A DNA stretch of 64,000 bases from Geosiphon pyriformis uo1 (taxonomy: Eukaryota > Fungi > Glomeromycota): positions 809,095 to 873,094 of the forward strand of contig JAAOMT010000571.1 in NCBI GenBank assembly GCA_016748015.1, read 5' to 3'. Shown here one piece after another: positions 49,601-63,315 of this stretch. Both the position numbers and the translations under genes were made by a program. Position 1 is the stretch's first letter. Every line of letters starts with the position of its first letter. The notes below the pieces were generated by a model. The model saw only the letters and a program-made list of their open reading frames with translations, was not told the origin of the DNA and ran no database searches.

Positions 49601-52600
49601 CTTGCTATATGCCAATAATATATGATCAGATAGAATTTTGGACAAAATTTTCTTAGCAGTTTCAATTAGAGCAATCAGCCAAGTGTTTATAAGGACCCCA
49701 TCCCAGTCATAAGGCTTAGGAATCATTGAAACTCATGCCCTTCTCCACAATACAGGCACTATACCAACAGATAAACACATGTTTAACAACACCAAAAGGC
49801 ACTTCAGTACTTTTTCACCACCATGTTTCCACAGTTTGTTAGGAATGCCAGACAGGCCAGTGGCTTTGCCATCAGGCAGACTACCAATGACCAAAAGCAA
49901 TTCATTTATACTGATTGCATCTATCACACTAGAAAAGGTACCATTCCTAACATAGTCTAAAAATGCATATTAATGAGCCCAAAGACTAAGAATTACAGAA
50001 GACACCACACGTTTTCTTGTCCAACCTTCCATAATACTGTCGACATTCAATCTCATCTCATCTGGCTCCAAAATCAACTCATTATCAACTACCAAATGAT
50101 CCAACACAACTTTACGAAAAGATCTATTTAAAACACTTCTAATTATACTCTTCTTATCTGAACAAAACTTTTCCATGCACTTTTTGACAGCCTCCCTGAT
50201 AGAAGTCTTCTGTGCCAACTTTGATTTGTATAATTTAGACTTCTTATATTCTTTCTTGATAAGTGACAAATACTTAAGAACATCCTCTGATTTTTAACCA
50301 TTGCAAACCATGTCTTCCAAAACAAGAGCATTAGCAGCATCCAAAGATGCCCACTTTTTAGTAAGACAATCAAAACCAAGAATATCAACAGAGCTTAGTT
50401 TTTTGACAATCTTGGCAACCAACAACTCCAAACCCAAAAATCTAAAAGATTGCATATTCCTTGAACACTGAAAAACACTGAACCAATGTCTAGAAAATAT
50501 CTCATCAGCAGAATCTATCAAAGCCTTTTCCAGCAGTAACCACATAGCATCTAAATTATGTTCAGCAACAGTGGCAAAAAATCTATCCTTTACTATCAAA
50601 ATCTTGGTGGAGGAGCAGTCCCTAAAATGAGACCACCCAATACTATCTGCATCTTTGATTTTGAATTTCCAACAATTCTTATTAGCCTGCTTATGCAAAT
50701 TATTCAAGAGCTCTTCCAAATTGACCAACACAACAATGGCATTGTAATCTATATCAAAAAAATCAGAAACAGAACCAACCCAATGTTTAGCAACAGAGGA
50801 AGACAAACTCTCACTAACAAAAATGTAATCAATAGTCTTTTCAACATCTCTTGAATTGGACCAAGTAGGAGTATTAACCAAATGATGACCAGCAAACAAA
50901 TTGACCAGACCCAGATTTGAGCAGAACCTGAAATTCGCACTCCTTCCAGACCCACATTTATTAAAATCCCCTCTTAGGACCACAAAAGTGCTGGAGTTAA
51001 CAGTCTTAACAATAATGAAGTTCACTTCAGATGTCTGCCCAAAACAAACACTAGAGGAAGCACCAGCATACAAATTGAGTACAGTCACAGAGAGCTTGCC
51101 TTTGAATAGAAGCCATACTGAAACAACCCAACCAGGCACCTTCTCAACCTTAGACACATGTCAAGCCAGAGAATTGTTCATAATAACAGCCACTCCAGCA
51201 CTAAGAAAACCTTCCTCCAAACCTGATATGAAGATATGCACACCTTCAAACTTATTAGCAATCCACAGCTTAATACTGGACCTCAATTTAGTTTCTGTGA
51301 CAAAAGACACCAAATTACCAAAATTCACATGCCAATGCACAATGTTCATTTGCTTGGCAGGAACATTAATACTCCAGACATTACACATACCAAATTTCCA
51401 AACTAACTCACTCATTGAGAGACAATAAAAGCTGGCAAATCCAGACTAGAACACAAATGATCCAACTTTTCCAAAACCAACTCAACTAACACTTCTAAAG
51501 CCACCAACTTAGATTTCAATCCACCCATCTTGGAGGTTAAAACCTTAGAACTACTTGAGCTAAGATTGGCAACTGTGTCCACAACAATTACAAGAGAAAG
51601 GATAGAAAACACCAGTGTATCATCTATGGCCATATCTGAATTCACAACAGAGTTCAAAAGCACTGAAACGACCAGAAATAAGACAGATGACTTGGATGCC
51701 AGAAGCACCAATTCCATAAAACTTAGCTTCTTTATAATTTCAGACACCTGATCTGCCAAAAGTTCCAGAGACCTTTCCAAGACCACCAAACAATCACTTA
51801 AGCCAGAGAAGACCACAAGCGCAGGAGAAGGGATACTACTAAGACCTGAGAGTTCATGAGAAAAGAGATTAGGACCAGATCCAGAGTAAATACTACCAGA
51901 AAACTTAGAGAGTGAGACCATTTGGGCCCAAGATTTGCCACCAAAAGTAGAAAGACAAGATATTGGAACACATTTTTTTTCATACAATTTAGCAAGCCAA
52001 AAATGAACTTCCTCTAAAGCACTCTTTTTGTATGATCTCTTAGATGATAGCAGCACAATTGCATCTGGTATATCACATTCAAGAGCTAAATGTCCAAAAC
52101 ACCCATACTTCTTACAACAAACTAAATCTATTCTAGCCCAAGAAAGTTTCACTCCATTGAAGATAGACTCTGTTTGAAAGGCAGATTCTAAATCATCATC
52201 AGAGGAAAAACTGACTACTGCACAGCAAATTTTATTACCAGTTTTTATGGACTTGTTTATGATGCATGTTTTTCTACCAGCTCTTTTTAAAAGATTGCCC
52301 AAATCATGAGCAGTTGTTCCCACAGGTAGAGTAAACAGAAGTGCTCTAAACCAATCCTTAAATGCCCAAGTTTCATAATTCTCCACCACTTTGGCTACAT
52401 ACACAGAATTTTTCCCAATCAGAAATGACCACTTTGAGACCAATGAATTAGCTTGGTTCATTTTAGCAAACTCTACTACAGTCTTTTGCCACATTCCAAT
52501 TAATTGAATTTTGATCGACTTAATTTTTCCAAATTCAGATACTGTGGCGACAATCATATTTTTAGGCATATCCATGGAAATTTTTTTGATTATCACAGCC

Positions 52601-53415
52601 CGATCTGATCTTATTTCTTGTCTCTTAAGATCACTGTTTATGATAATTCCTTTTTCTCTGGCCAATAATGCAGCCTTAATCATGCTTTCTTCAGAAGTAA
52701 ATGTAGATTGAATAATCTCCTCAAATTTTGAGGGAATAGTGGCCCCCCAAAACCATTGACTAATGAAAAAATTTTTCTAATTAACTGGGTTTTTGCCATT
52801 GCTGATTTTCCTTTCACAGCACTAAAATTGATATCAAGAGTAAAGGATTTTTTGGCAAACACCTCAACTTGAGTCTTAATAATTTTTGGGTCAATCTATT
52901 TCTTTTTCAGAGAGATTGAAAGACAAAAAGAAAGAAAGATATTTTTATCATTATCCATGACAAAATTAGGAGAACCAAAAGAGGAACCAAAAATAACACC
53001 AGTATTAACATGCTTGACTTTAGGAGTGTTGGCAGCTAAATCCAGAAGAGACCTAACATTAATGCCAGTTATGTTAGCACCTTCTTCATTACCAAACACA
53101 CTATTCACATTAGAGAACACATTGTTATCAAGCTCAGACTTGTTCAGAGAGATATTCTTTTCGTCATCTGAGTGTTTGACATTCTCAAGCACAACTTTTT
53201 TTTTCTGCAAGAAAGAGCCACCAGCAGGACTATAAAAAGCACCCTTTGGTGCCTTTTTTTTTGACATGTTGCTACTAGAAGCAGTCTTTAGATCCATAAA
53301 AAATGGGTTATTAGAAAGAGAAATTGTGAAATACTAATAAGAAAAAATTAAAAAACTTCTTTTTCAGAAAAGTGCTTTTTAAGAATTTGTGGAAATAAAA
53401 GAGAAAGAAGTTTTT
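46603..53415 (-). mobile_element. LINE copy E, full length, pseudogenised
   Basis: ORF1 51412-53297 and ORF2 46736-51415, with APE (GDFN, IDYI), RT, RNase H (VYTNGSL) and CLLCGEVEFLDH. Confidence 0.95.
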
Positions 53416-54317
53416 AAAAATAAAAACTCTAATAATATAATATTATAAATTAAAAGTTTATTATTTTATTGTTTAAAATATTAAAAAAATTCAGAACTTT
53501 ATGTTTTTCATGTATCCTAATTTTTAATTATTTAATATTAATTTCTTTTTTATCTATTAAATTATAAATATAGCATTTTTTAATTTAATATTTATTGTAA
53601 AAATTAAATTTAAATAAGCCAAATTTAATATTATATATACTTAAAAATATTTAATTATTTGTATTAATATTATTATTATTTATAATTAAAATATATTTAA
53701 AAATTAATACAATTATTTGCAACTTAACAAAAATAATAATATAATATTATAAATACCAATATTTATATTAAAACCCAAATCCAAAAAATAAATTAATTAT
53801 ATTTTTAGTAATTTTTAATAAACTTAACTTTTTAATAAAATTATTAATAAAATCTTAATTTTATCTAAACATGTCTTTTTTAAACTAATTATAATTACAC
53901 AAAACTATATAGCTTAAAAATCAGAATTAAATATTATAAACAAATTTTTATTTGTCAATTTATTATTTTTAATAAATTTTAATACTAATATAAACTATAC
54001 AAAAACCAAATTTCTAAAATCAAACTTTTTTAATAACAAAAATTTTTTTAATTAAAATATATATTATAATAATTTAATAGTTAATTCATAAAAATAATAT
54101 TAAATTTTTTAAATAATATAAATATTATTAAATACAAAAACCTAAAACATTATAAAATTATTATTTTTATTATAAAAAACATTAAACATATTATTAATAG
54201 TAAAATACTATAATTTAAATTTTTGTAAAATTAACCAAAAATTGTTCAAAAACTGAATATTTAAATATATTAAAAATTATAATAAATTTTTAAATAATTA
54301 ATTTAAAATTTGCAGAA

Positions 54318-57300
54318 TTTTTTTTAATGCTTTATAAGTAAGATCCAAATGCTACTTAATACAATACATTATATAAATAATCTAAACTAGGTGCAAATCA
54401 TGCCTTTTCTACACGTAACCAGTCATTCGGACTGATTAAGACACCACTAAGCAACTATGTAAACTAAAAGATCATTACCAACACCAGAAAAGAATGAACA
54501 TGACTTATGAAAACCAAAGCAAACACCAAAAGTGTTAGCAATCCCAAGCAATCTAACAACACTAGTAGACAACCCTAATGACAGGCCGAAAATCAAAACA
54601 GGAATTGAACTGTCAAGAGAAATTAACCTGTTCTTTTCTATGAATACTCAATATTTAGCATAGACCAACCATATGCCATCTCTGAAACTAAGACTGAAAG
54701 CATGCACAAAGTTCACAATCCTTTGACTTGTGAGTTTGGGATCAAAAAAAACAAACACAACTTCCTGAAATCAATTGTTAAAAACAAAACTTTTGAAAAG
54801 AGCTATGGATGCTGAAACATTAGATGCACAAGACAACAGAAGCTAAGACACACAAGAAAAGGAACGAAAGAGACCAGAAATCAGCTCCCAAGAAGCCGCA
54901 TGGACATTCAACAACTGACAGTGGGTAGAGAGATCAATATCACAAGAGAAAACATGGTCAGAAGTCTTAACTTTACCACAAAACAAACATAATACACTAG
55001 GGTAATATTTGGAGTACAGATGCTTTCAAACAGTAACAGGCAGGCAATAATATAAGGTCTTCATAAAATATGTACACAAGCTAACAGAGGGTCTGTTTGT
55101 AAAGCCTGCAGCCATATGCAAATTAGAATGCCAAACCAAAAAAGAACATAACCAATCAATGTCTGATATCAAATCACCCAGCAGAAACTTGGAGCCAGAT
55201 CCAACTTCCCACTGCACACGATAAACTGATCTAAATACATCCTGGACAAAATATCTAGAATTACCAAAAATAAGCACATCATTAGCCAACAGGCAATGCT
55301 TTTTTAAACAAAGAAGAAGATGTCAATTAGAGCTGGAGGCAACAGCAGCAAGTGCATCCACACAATCATTCCCCACAACACCCAAGTGACCTTTCACTTT
55401 AACTCACTCCACTCTCAAATTTTTGCAATGAAGAATGTCCACAATATACTAATGCTCTACCCAACATCGAACATGAAAATCTGGACAAATCAAACGTAGT
55501 TCCAATTCGCACACATCCAGAGCAGTCTGATTATCAGAGTATAAGCATACCAAGCTATGAGGAGGAACACATTCCAAAGCCAGAGCTATGGCCTGCAGTT
55601 CTACCAAAGTAGAAGACAACAAACTATTGACCCTTACACCCAAACCCAGACCAATATCTTCAAAAAAGACAGCAGCACCAGTCTTTTTCTGGATGGTGCC
55701 CAAATCTCTTAAAGAATTATCTGTATAGACTGACAGACTACCAGCACTAACATGAGACAAATGATCACATACTAATCTAAATTTCTGAGACTCTAGAATG
55801 CTCAGAGGAGCACCAACACCCCCAAAACCAGATGAACCAACAGGAAAAGAAGTCACTTCACTAAGGAAAGTGACAGAAAGACTAAACCAATTAGGAACTG
55901 GACCATAAGGATCCAATCTTTTCCAGTACTTAAAAGTTTTCCAATTAAAAATAACATTATAATAATCACAGAGCTGATCCACAAAGGCAACACCATACTA
56001 ATATAGAGAAAGGAGACATGCATGGAACTTAGCTTCTTCAAGAACCACTGACATAAGAACCTTATACTGATGATGAAAAGAACTGCCCAAAAAACTACTT
56101 AAAGACAGATTATTTTTTGCAAAGACACAAACCACACCAGCCAAAAAATTATTCAAAAGACTGACACAAATATATACTGGAGAACTTAGGGAGTAAACAG
56201 GATGCCAACACAAAACCTGCAAGTCATGAGATCTATAAAAGAACATGTGACCCAAAGTCCCACCAGAGTTTGCAAAATTCACAAGTGATGCTATTTTGCC
56301 TTCAGATTGCACTTGTTCAAAAGACTTCAAACCATAAAAGAAAGGATGGTGGATTGAATCATTCAGGAAATCAAGAGGAAAATCTGATTTCAGTTTAAGA
56401 CTTTTTTGAATCAGAGTATTCCATTTGTTGTACACATTAAAAGATATAAAGTTGAACTGAGTCCTATAGCTCACAATAAGATGGAAAACAGCTGAAACCA
56501 AGTATAAAAATTGTTTATTTGAAATGACCTTTCTTAACACAAAGTTGGAGAAGAAATAAACATCTGACTGTGCTTTGGCCAAGCTAGGCTTCAAAGACTT
56601 TCAGTTGAAAGAAAGATGCTCAGGTACTGATGAGATTCCTCTTTTTTTGCAATAGCAATAGGCGAGCCACTAATAATTAAAGAAGGACTACCAATTTTGC
56701 AATTAATAGGGATAACAACAGTCTTGTTTGTGTTAATAGAAATGTCATTAATCCAGAAGAATTCACTGACAACATTAAGAATATGCTGAATAGCACTCTG
56801 ATTGTTACCAACCCAAATTGTATTATCAACAAAAGCCCCAGTAGTGAAAAAGGAAGACAATCCAGTAACAAGTTCTGGATGACCATTTTTTGAGATGAAA
56901 TGAGAATTCAACTTGTACCCACACACACTTTCCTGTCTTTTAATCTCACAAAGGAGAGGATTATAGAATATGCATCAGAGAAGCGGTGAGAAAAACTCTC
57001 TCTGATCCAAGCTATTATAAACACAATACCCATCAGTTAAGCCGAAATCAGTCATAACTTTGTTGAAACAGTTGCAATAAATACTACCAAAAAAATGTAT
57101 GAACTTGCTACATATTTTAATTTTAATCAAACTCTTTCTAAAATGATCCCAACCAACAAAATCATATGTCTTTCACATGTCCTGCAGAACAAGCCAGAGT
57201 TTGCGATTCTTTTTTAGAGCATCTTTTATTACCAAGCCAACTGCAAAAATAGGTGATTGTGTAGAAGTACCTTTCAGAACAGAAAAGTTGTCATCATGAA

Positions 57301-60300
57301 GAATATCAAAGCTGCTGCATACCAGGGAAATCCTATCAGACAGGATCTTGGAGAAAATTTTACAGGCCATTTCAATCAGAGCAATAAGATGGATGTTCAT
57401 GAAAACATCCTCCTATTCATATGGTTTAAGAATCATTGAGACCCAAGCCTCTCTCCAAAAACTGGACACTGACTTACTAATCAAACAAATGTTCAGAAGT
57501 TCCAAAAGCATACCCATGACAGATTTGTCACAGTGTTTCCAAAGTTCATTGGGAATACCAGAAATGCCAACAGCTTTGCCATCAAGCAGATCAGAAACTA
57601 CACCAAACAACTTATCAAAACTAATTGATCACATTACATCTGTAAATGCATTATCAAAGACATGCTCCAGGGGCTGGTATTGATGAGACCATTTACTAGA
57701 GATGTCAGAAACCACCTTGTGTCTCCTAGTCCACCCTTCCATAATTACATTCACTTTAGCCTTGACTAACTCAAGCTTCAGAATCAGTTCATTATCAACA
57801 ACTAGATGGTCCAATTCCACCTTACAGAAAGAACGTTCTAAAACACTCCTAATAGTGTGACTCTTATCATGAACAAAGCTCTCCATACACCTATCAATGG
57901 CAAACTTAATACTTGACTCCCGAGCCCTCAAAGATTCGGTAAGTTTAGAAGCATGATAAAACTTTTGCACACCAAAGAGAGCAGATCTTATACACTCCAA
58001 ATCCACACCAAAGTCCAAAAAAACCTGTACTACCAAGGCTTTATTGGAATCCAAGGAAGCCCAATGGTTTATCAAAAATGGAAACCTTGCAAAGTCCTGT
58101 TCACAGAACACATTAACTATTCTCAAAACCAAAATTTCTAATCTGTAAAACCTAGAAGAGCCTTTGGTGAAGATACTATCAAAATCCTTAAACCATTTTT
58201 TCTTAAAGAAATCATTAGTTGAAAAAACTATCACCTTACAAATAACTTCTCACATAGAATTGAAATTAGAAGACACCACAGAGAAAACAAACTCTTCAGA
58301 AAACATAGCGATATTTGCTACCATCAACACTTTGAATTCACACCACTTAGCATCATTGGCATTTTTGATATTATACTTCCAATGATCCATATTCACTTTC
58401 TTGTGAAGAAAGTTCAATTGTGCATCCAATAATCCACCCAAACCCATAAACACAGACACAGCCCAATGATCAGTGTCAAAATGTTCACCAACCTCCAAAA
58501 CACAGTAATGTATTAACGCACCAACCAAATTTGCAGAAACAAGTACATAATCAATTACTTTCACAACTTCACAAAAATTTGACCAAGTAGGTGTTTACAC
58601 TGCCAAACTTCCAACCAAAGAATTGACTAACTCCAGATCAAGACATTTTTTAAAGCTGGCACATCTACAAGAACTATCTTCATTGAAATCACCACCAAGA
58701 ATAACAAAAAAAATTCATTTATAGCTATACTCACAAGTGAATTGATTTCATCAGCCTAAGAAAGATAGACCATAAGAGATGTACCAGCATAGAGCCCCAA
58801 AATCAAGATGAAAAGCTTATTTTTAAAAAGCAGCTTGATACAGATGAGCCAACCAGGTACCTTAGAAATCTTACACACATGCCTAGCCAATGAATTATTC
58901 ATGACCACTGCAATGCCTGACTCCAAGTAACCAGAGTCTAACCAAGAAGTAAACACACAGATACCCTCAAATTTTTTAACAATCCAAGAATGTATCTTTC
59001 TTTTTAGCTTAGTTTCCATAAAAATTGAAATTAAATTGTTCATGTCCTTATGCCAATGCACAATATTGTCTTGCTTCACAGGATTGTTCATGCCCCTAAC
59101 ATTGCATGTAGCAACTTTCTAGATTAGATCTGTTATTAAGAGAAGAAAGCAGCAGGAACCAAACCAGCATTGTTTATTTTGGCCAAAAGGCCCATAACTG
59201 TAATTGCAAGATTTTTCAAAGTGTCTTCCATTTTCCTAATAACAGAGGAATCAAAAACCACTGCTTCTGCAACAGTCTCACCACCAGCAGCCACACTTGA
59301 ATCCTTATTCATCACTATATCCACCCCTTGATTCTGTAATGAAGAAGTTACCAACAGCTAACATCCAGAGCTAAGCTAAGAAACTGTTGACTCAAGTGTT
59401 TCCAACTTTTTAGCCAGCATGTCAACATACTCTGCAAGGCTGGCAAGACTACACTCAAGAGCAGCAAACCTATCATTGATTTCCGTCACAACCAGTAGAG
59501 ATGGCTTCATCTCCAAAAAGAAGCCAACATTTACTGAAACAACCTGGCCAAAAAGAGAGAAAGAAGAAGACCCACTTGTAATCTTCACCCAAGAGAGGCC
59601 ACCAAAAGAAACAGGATGAGTCACAAGAGCAGATTGTTTGGCATATATAGCAGCTAGTCTGCTTTTATCTGCATCTGAGAGCACTCTATGGAATGAACCA
59701 CCAGGAGAAACCTTTCCACTTTCAGCACAGTTTAAAGATATATGACCCAACTTCTCACACTTGGCACACCTGGCAGAAACAAGACTAGACCAACGTAGAT
59801 TAGTGCTTCTAAGCACCAGTATAGTTCCCATAGCAGCATTCAAAGACTTAGTAGAATTGAAGCAAACAAGCACATCTGACCTGAGCATATGTAACTAGAT
59901 AGTAATCAATGGTACAAGTTTTTCCACTCACAGATCAAACAAAGTTCCAAATATCATGAGCATTAGTTCCCATTGGCAAAATATAGAGCAGTGCCCTATG
60001 ATGATTCCTCTTATTCCATGTTTCTTTGTCAAAATCAGCTCTGGCAACACACACAGCATCTTTCTCAATCAGAATAGACCACTTATCTGTAACTAAATTA
60101 GCCTGATCTGATTGCTCAAATTCCACCACAGCTTTTTGCTACAGCCCCACCAATTGCATCTTAATCAACTTAATTATTCCAAATTTAAATAGCAAATCGC
60201 ATACAGTCTCAGCTAATATTCCAACTGGAATTTCTTTTACTACCACAGCCTGATCTGAATGACTAGTAGATTTTTTGAGATCAGTGTTTACTAAAATGTT

Positions 60301-61066
60301 CACTGTTTTTGCCTTTTCCATAGCCTGCATTAAGCTAGCTTCAGAGGTAAAAGAAGCATGGATGATCTCAGAAAATTTTGAGGGGGTAGAGGCCCCCCTA
60401 AAACCATTGACTTTCGAAAACAATCTTCTTACTATCATGAGCTTTTCTTGAGAAGATTTCTCAACCACTTTATCCAATCTGATATCCAAAGCAAAAAACT
60501 TCCTAACAGAAACAAGAACCAAATTCTTCAAGGAAGAAGAAAATTCTAAGGGGACATCCAAGAGAACATCATCATCAACATTAAGACTTGAAAAGTTTAT
60601 CTTTCCTAATGGCTTGTCTAAAGTCTTCTTAGTTTTGATGCTTGGCCCTTTAGGCATTTGATCACACTTTTCATCAGTGATAGTGCCATTCTTACCATAG
60701 TTAAAACTAGTTTCTTTCACTAAACACTTTTCTTCCATATTAATATTCTCAGATTCAGTGATGTTACCAGTCTCAAAACCCCAAAAATAACCACCAGACT
60801 CCTTAGTCAGAATCTCTTTGCCACTAACATTCTCTTCTAAAGCAACATCTTTTCTCTTTTTTCTTGACAAAACAGACTTGAAACCACCACTAGAACCAGA
60901 TTTTTTAACAATCTTCTTTATGATGGCAACACTAAGGCCAACAGTGGTCTCAAAATCAAAAAACGGTTTGGTTTTATCATACTGAATAATGAAAAAACTT
61001 TTTTTAAAAAACTTTTAACTCTTTTTGGGGATTTGGAATGAATGAAAAAAAGAAGTTTTTTTTTTT
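54318..61066 (-). mobile_element. LINE copy F, full length, pseudogenised; same subfamily as D; probable TSD ATTTGCAGA
   Basis: All ORF1/ORF2 motifs present. ATTTGCAGA occurs at 54308-54316 and 61067-61075. Confidence 0.95.
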
Positions 61067-61664
61067 ATTTGCAGATTTAATAATCAATAATTAAATAATT
61101 TTTTTAAAAATACTGTTAATATTAAAAAAAATCATAAAAATCATTTTGTTTTTAATCTAAATGTTTTTAAAAGTTTTTAAATTATATAATAATAAATAAT
61201 AATATAATATAATAAATTAAGTATTCTAAATTAAATATATAAGTTTAATTAAAACTAAATTATATTAAATTTAATAAAAAAAATCTATTTTAATATATTT
61301 AAATAATTAAAATACAATTATTTTTAACCAATTTACTTATTTATTTGGCAGTTTTATTTATATTTAACTTGATTTTAAAAACTTAAAACTTTAAAAAACT
61401 AATATTTAAACAAAAATATGTTTATTAAACTTATTATTAGAAACATTTATATTTTTATTATTTTTAATTTTATACTTTATTTAAAGCTTATTAATTTTTT
61501 TATGCAATTTACTAATAATATTGTTCTAAGTTTTAAATTTTTTTAATTTAACAAAAAAGCTTTAATTAATTTAATTATTAACAAAATTAAAATACTAATA
61601 AACTTAATAATAAACTGAATTAAATAAATTAATTTAGCCAAATTAGAGTTTAAAAAGCTAATAA

Positions 61665-62393
61665 AAAAAAAACTTCTTTCTTTCATTCATCTCAAAATTC
61701 CCAAAAAGAGTCAAAAAGTTTATTTCAATATTCAGTATAATAAAACCAAACTGTTTTTTGATTTTGAGACCACTGTTGGCTCTAACATTATCATTATGAA
61801 AAAGATTAATAAAAATTCTGGTTCTGATGGGAGTTTTAAGCCTGTTTTGTTAAGAAAGAAGAAAAAAGGTGTTGTTTTAGAAGAGTGTGTTGGTGGAAAA
61901 GGGGTTCTGACTAAAGTGCCAGGTGGTTGTTTATGAGGCTCTGAGACTGGTAACACTACTGAGTCTAAAAGCATTGATATAGAGAAAAAATGTCTAATAG
62001 AAAAAATTAGCTTTGACTATGGTGAAAATAGAATTGTTGCTAATATAGTTCATAATCAGACACCTAAAAGACCAGGTATTAAAACTAAAAAAGCATTGGA
62101 CAAGCCGTTAGAGAAGATAGATTTCTCAGGTTATGATAATGATAATAATAATGTTTTCTTAGATGTCTTCTTAAAACTTTCCCCTTCCTTGAAGAACTTG
62201 GTTACTGTTTTTGTTAGGAAATTTTTTGCTTTGGATATTGGCTTGGATAAAGTGGTTGGGAAATTTTCTCATAAGAAGCTAATGGTGATTAGAAAATTGT
62301 TTTCAAAAGTCAATAGTTTTGGGGGGGCTTTTACCCCCTCAAAATTCTCAGGTATTATCTATGCTTCCTTCACTCCTGAATCTAGTTTGGCAC
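61665..62393 (+). mobile_element. LINE copy G, 5' end (5'UTR and ORF1 start), interrupted by LTR element
   Basis: Reverse-complement homology to the 5' ends of D/F; KFFALDIGLDKVVGK..PSKFSGII. Confidence 0.92.
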
Positions 62394-63255
62394 TATTACT
62401 CATAAAAAAAAACAAATATAGAAAATAGCAGACCAATGAGAGAATAGTATTTAGCACGTGAGCACATTGCTCAGCAATGTGAAGCAATGTCAAAAATTAT
62501 GGCACATTGCTTAGCAATGTAGAGGAATATTAGAAAACACAGCACATTGCTCAGCAATGTGAAATAATGTTAGAAAATTAGAGCACATCACTCAGCAATG
62601 TGAGCATTGCTCAAGAAATCATAGTACATTACTCAGAAATGTGAGCGATCTCATAGAACATCAATTATGTATATATAATAGTAGCATTAGAAGTAGAAAA
62701 AGCAGAATTTTTTAGTTAGAAATCTCCCATTCACAAATATTGAATAAATAAATTATTTATCATCCAAATCCACTCTTTACTATCAACACTATATGTTAAT
62801 AGCAATTGATACTTAACCACATTGGAACAATAGCTCTTGATCATGGCTATTGATGGATACTAACTTGCATATTGTCTTGGCTCATTTCTTTATTCTTCTT
62901 TTATTTGTTTGTCTTAATTGTTGTTATTACTAACTCTATTGAGGATTAACACATGGGGTACTAATGTTAGAATATAGCACTGGTAAAAGACCCAAAAATA
63001 AAAGTAAGACACTCAATTGAGGTTAGCTTACCAGGAAAAACACCAGCCATTATGCTGAAAAAGAAATTAATGAAACTGCAGTTTCGAGAAGCTATGGATA
63101 AAACTATTACCACTAAATCTCTGTCCATTATACAAAGAACTCAACCAAAACCTTCAGATAAACACACCTTCAGATTTTTATCATCAACAACAGCCTTGAG
63201 CACCAAGTTACGGGTTTGTTATTTACTCCAACCAACCAAATAATTACCTGTAACA
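62394..63255 (+). repeat. 5' LTR of a third Gypsy insertion (family A relative)
   Basis: TATTACTCATA...CTGTAACA, the same palindromic array, PBS at 63256. Confidence 0.93.
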
Positions 63256-63315
63256 TTTGGTGCTCTTTGTAAGATATAATCTTACAGAAAACCAGCACCA
63301 AAAAATAAATCAACA

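Noticed and set aside
53416-54310. AT-rich tracts as centromere, organellar insertion or satellite
   Set aside because: No periodicity or organellar genes. Similar tracts contain LINE relics.
14021-59619. Numerous plus-strand ORFs of 60-175 aa over the LINEs
   Set aside because: They are antisense shadows of ORF1/ORF2 with no independent motifs and are not conserved between copies.
14068-60870. Alternative genetic code or programmed readthrough (stops at the same LIGL*Q codon in several copies)
   Set aside because: The stop is TAG in some copies, TGA in another and intact TGG in copy E. All three stop types replace W/Q/R, as expected from transitions. Host genes use the standard code.
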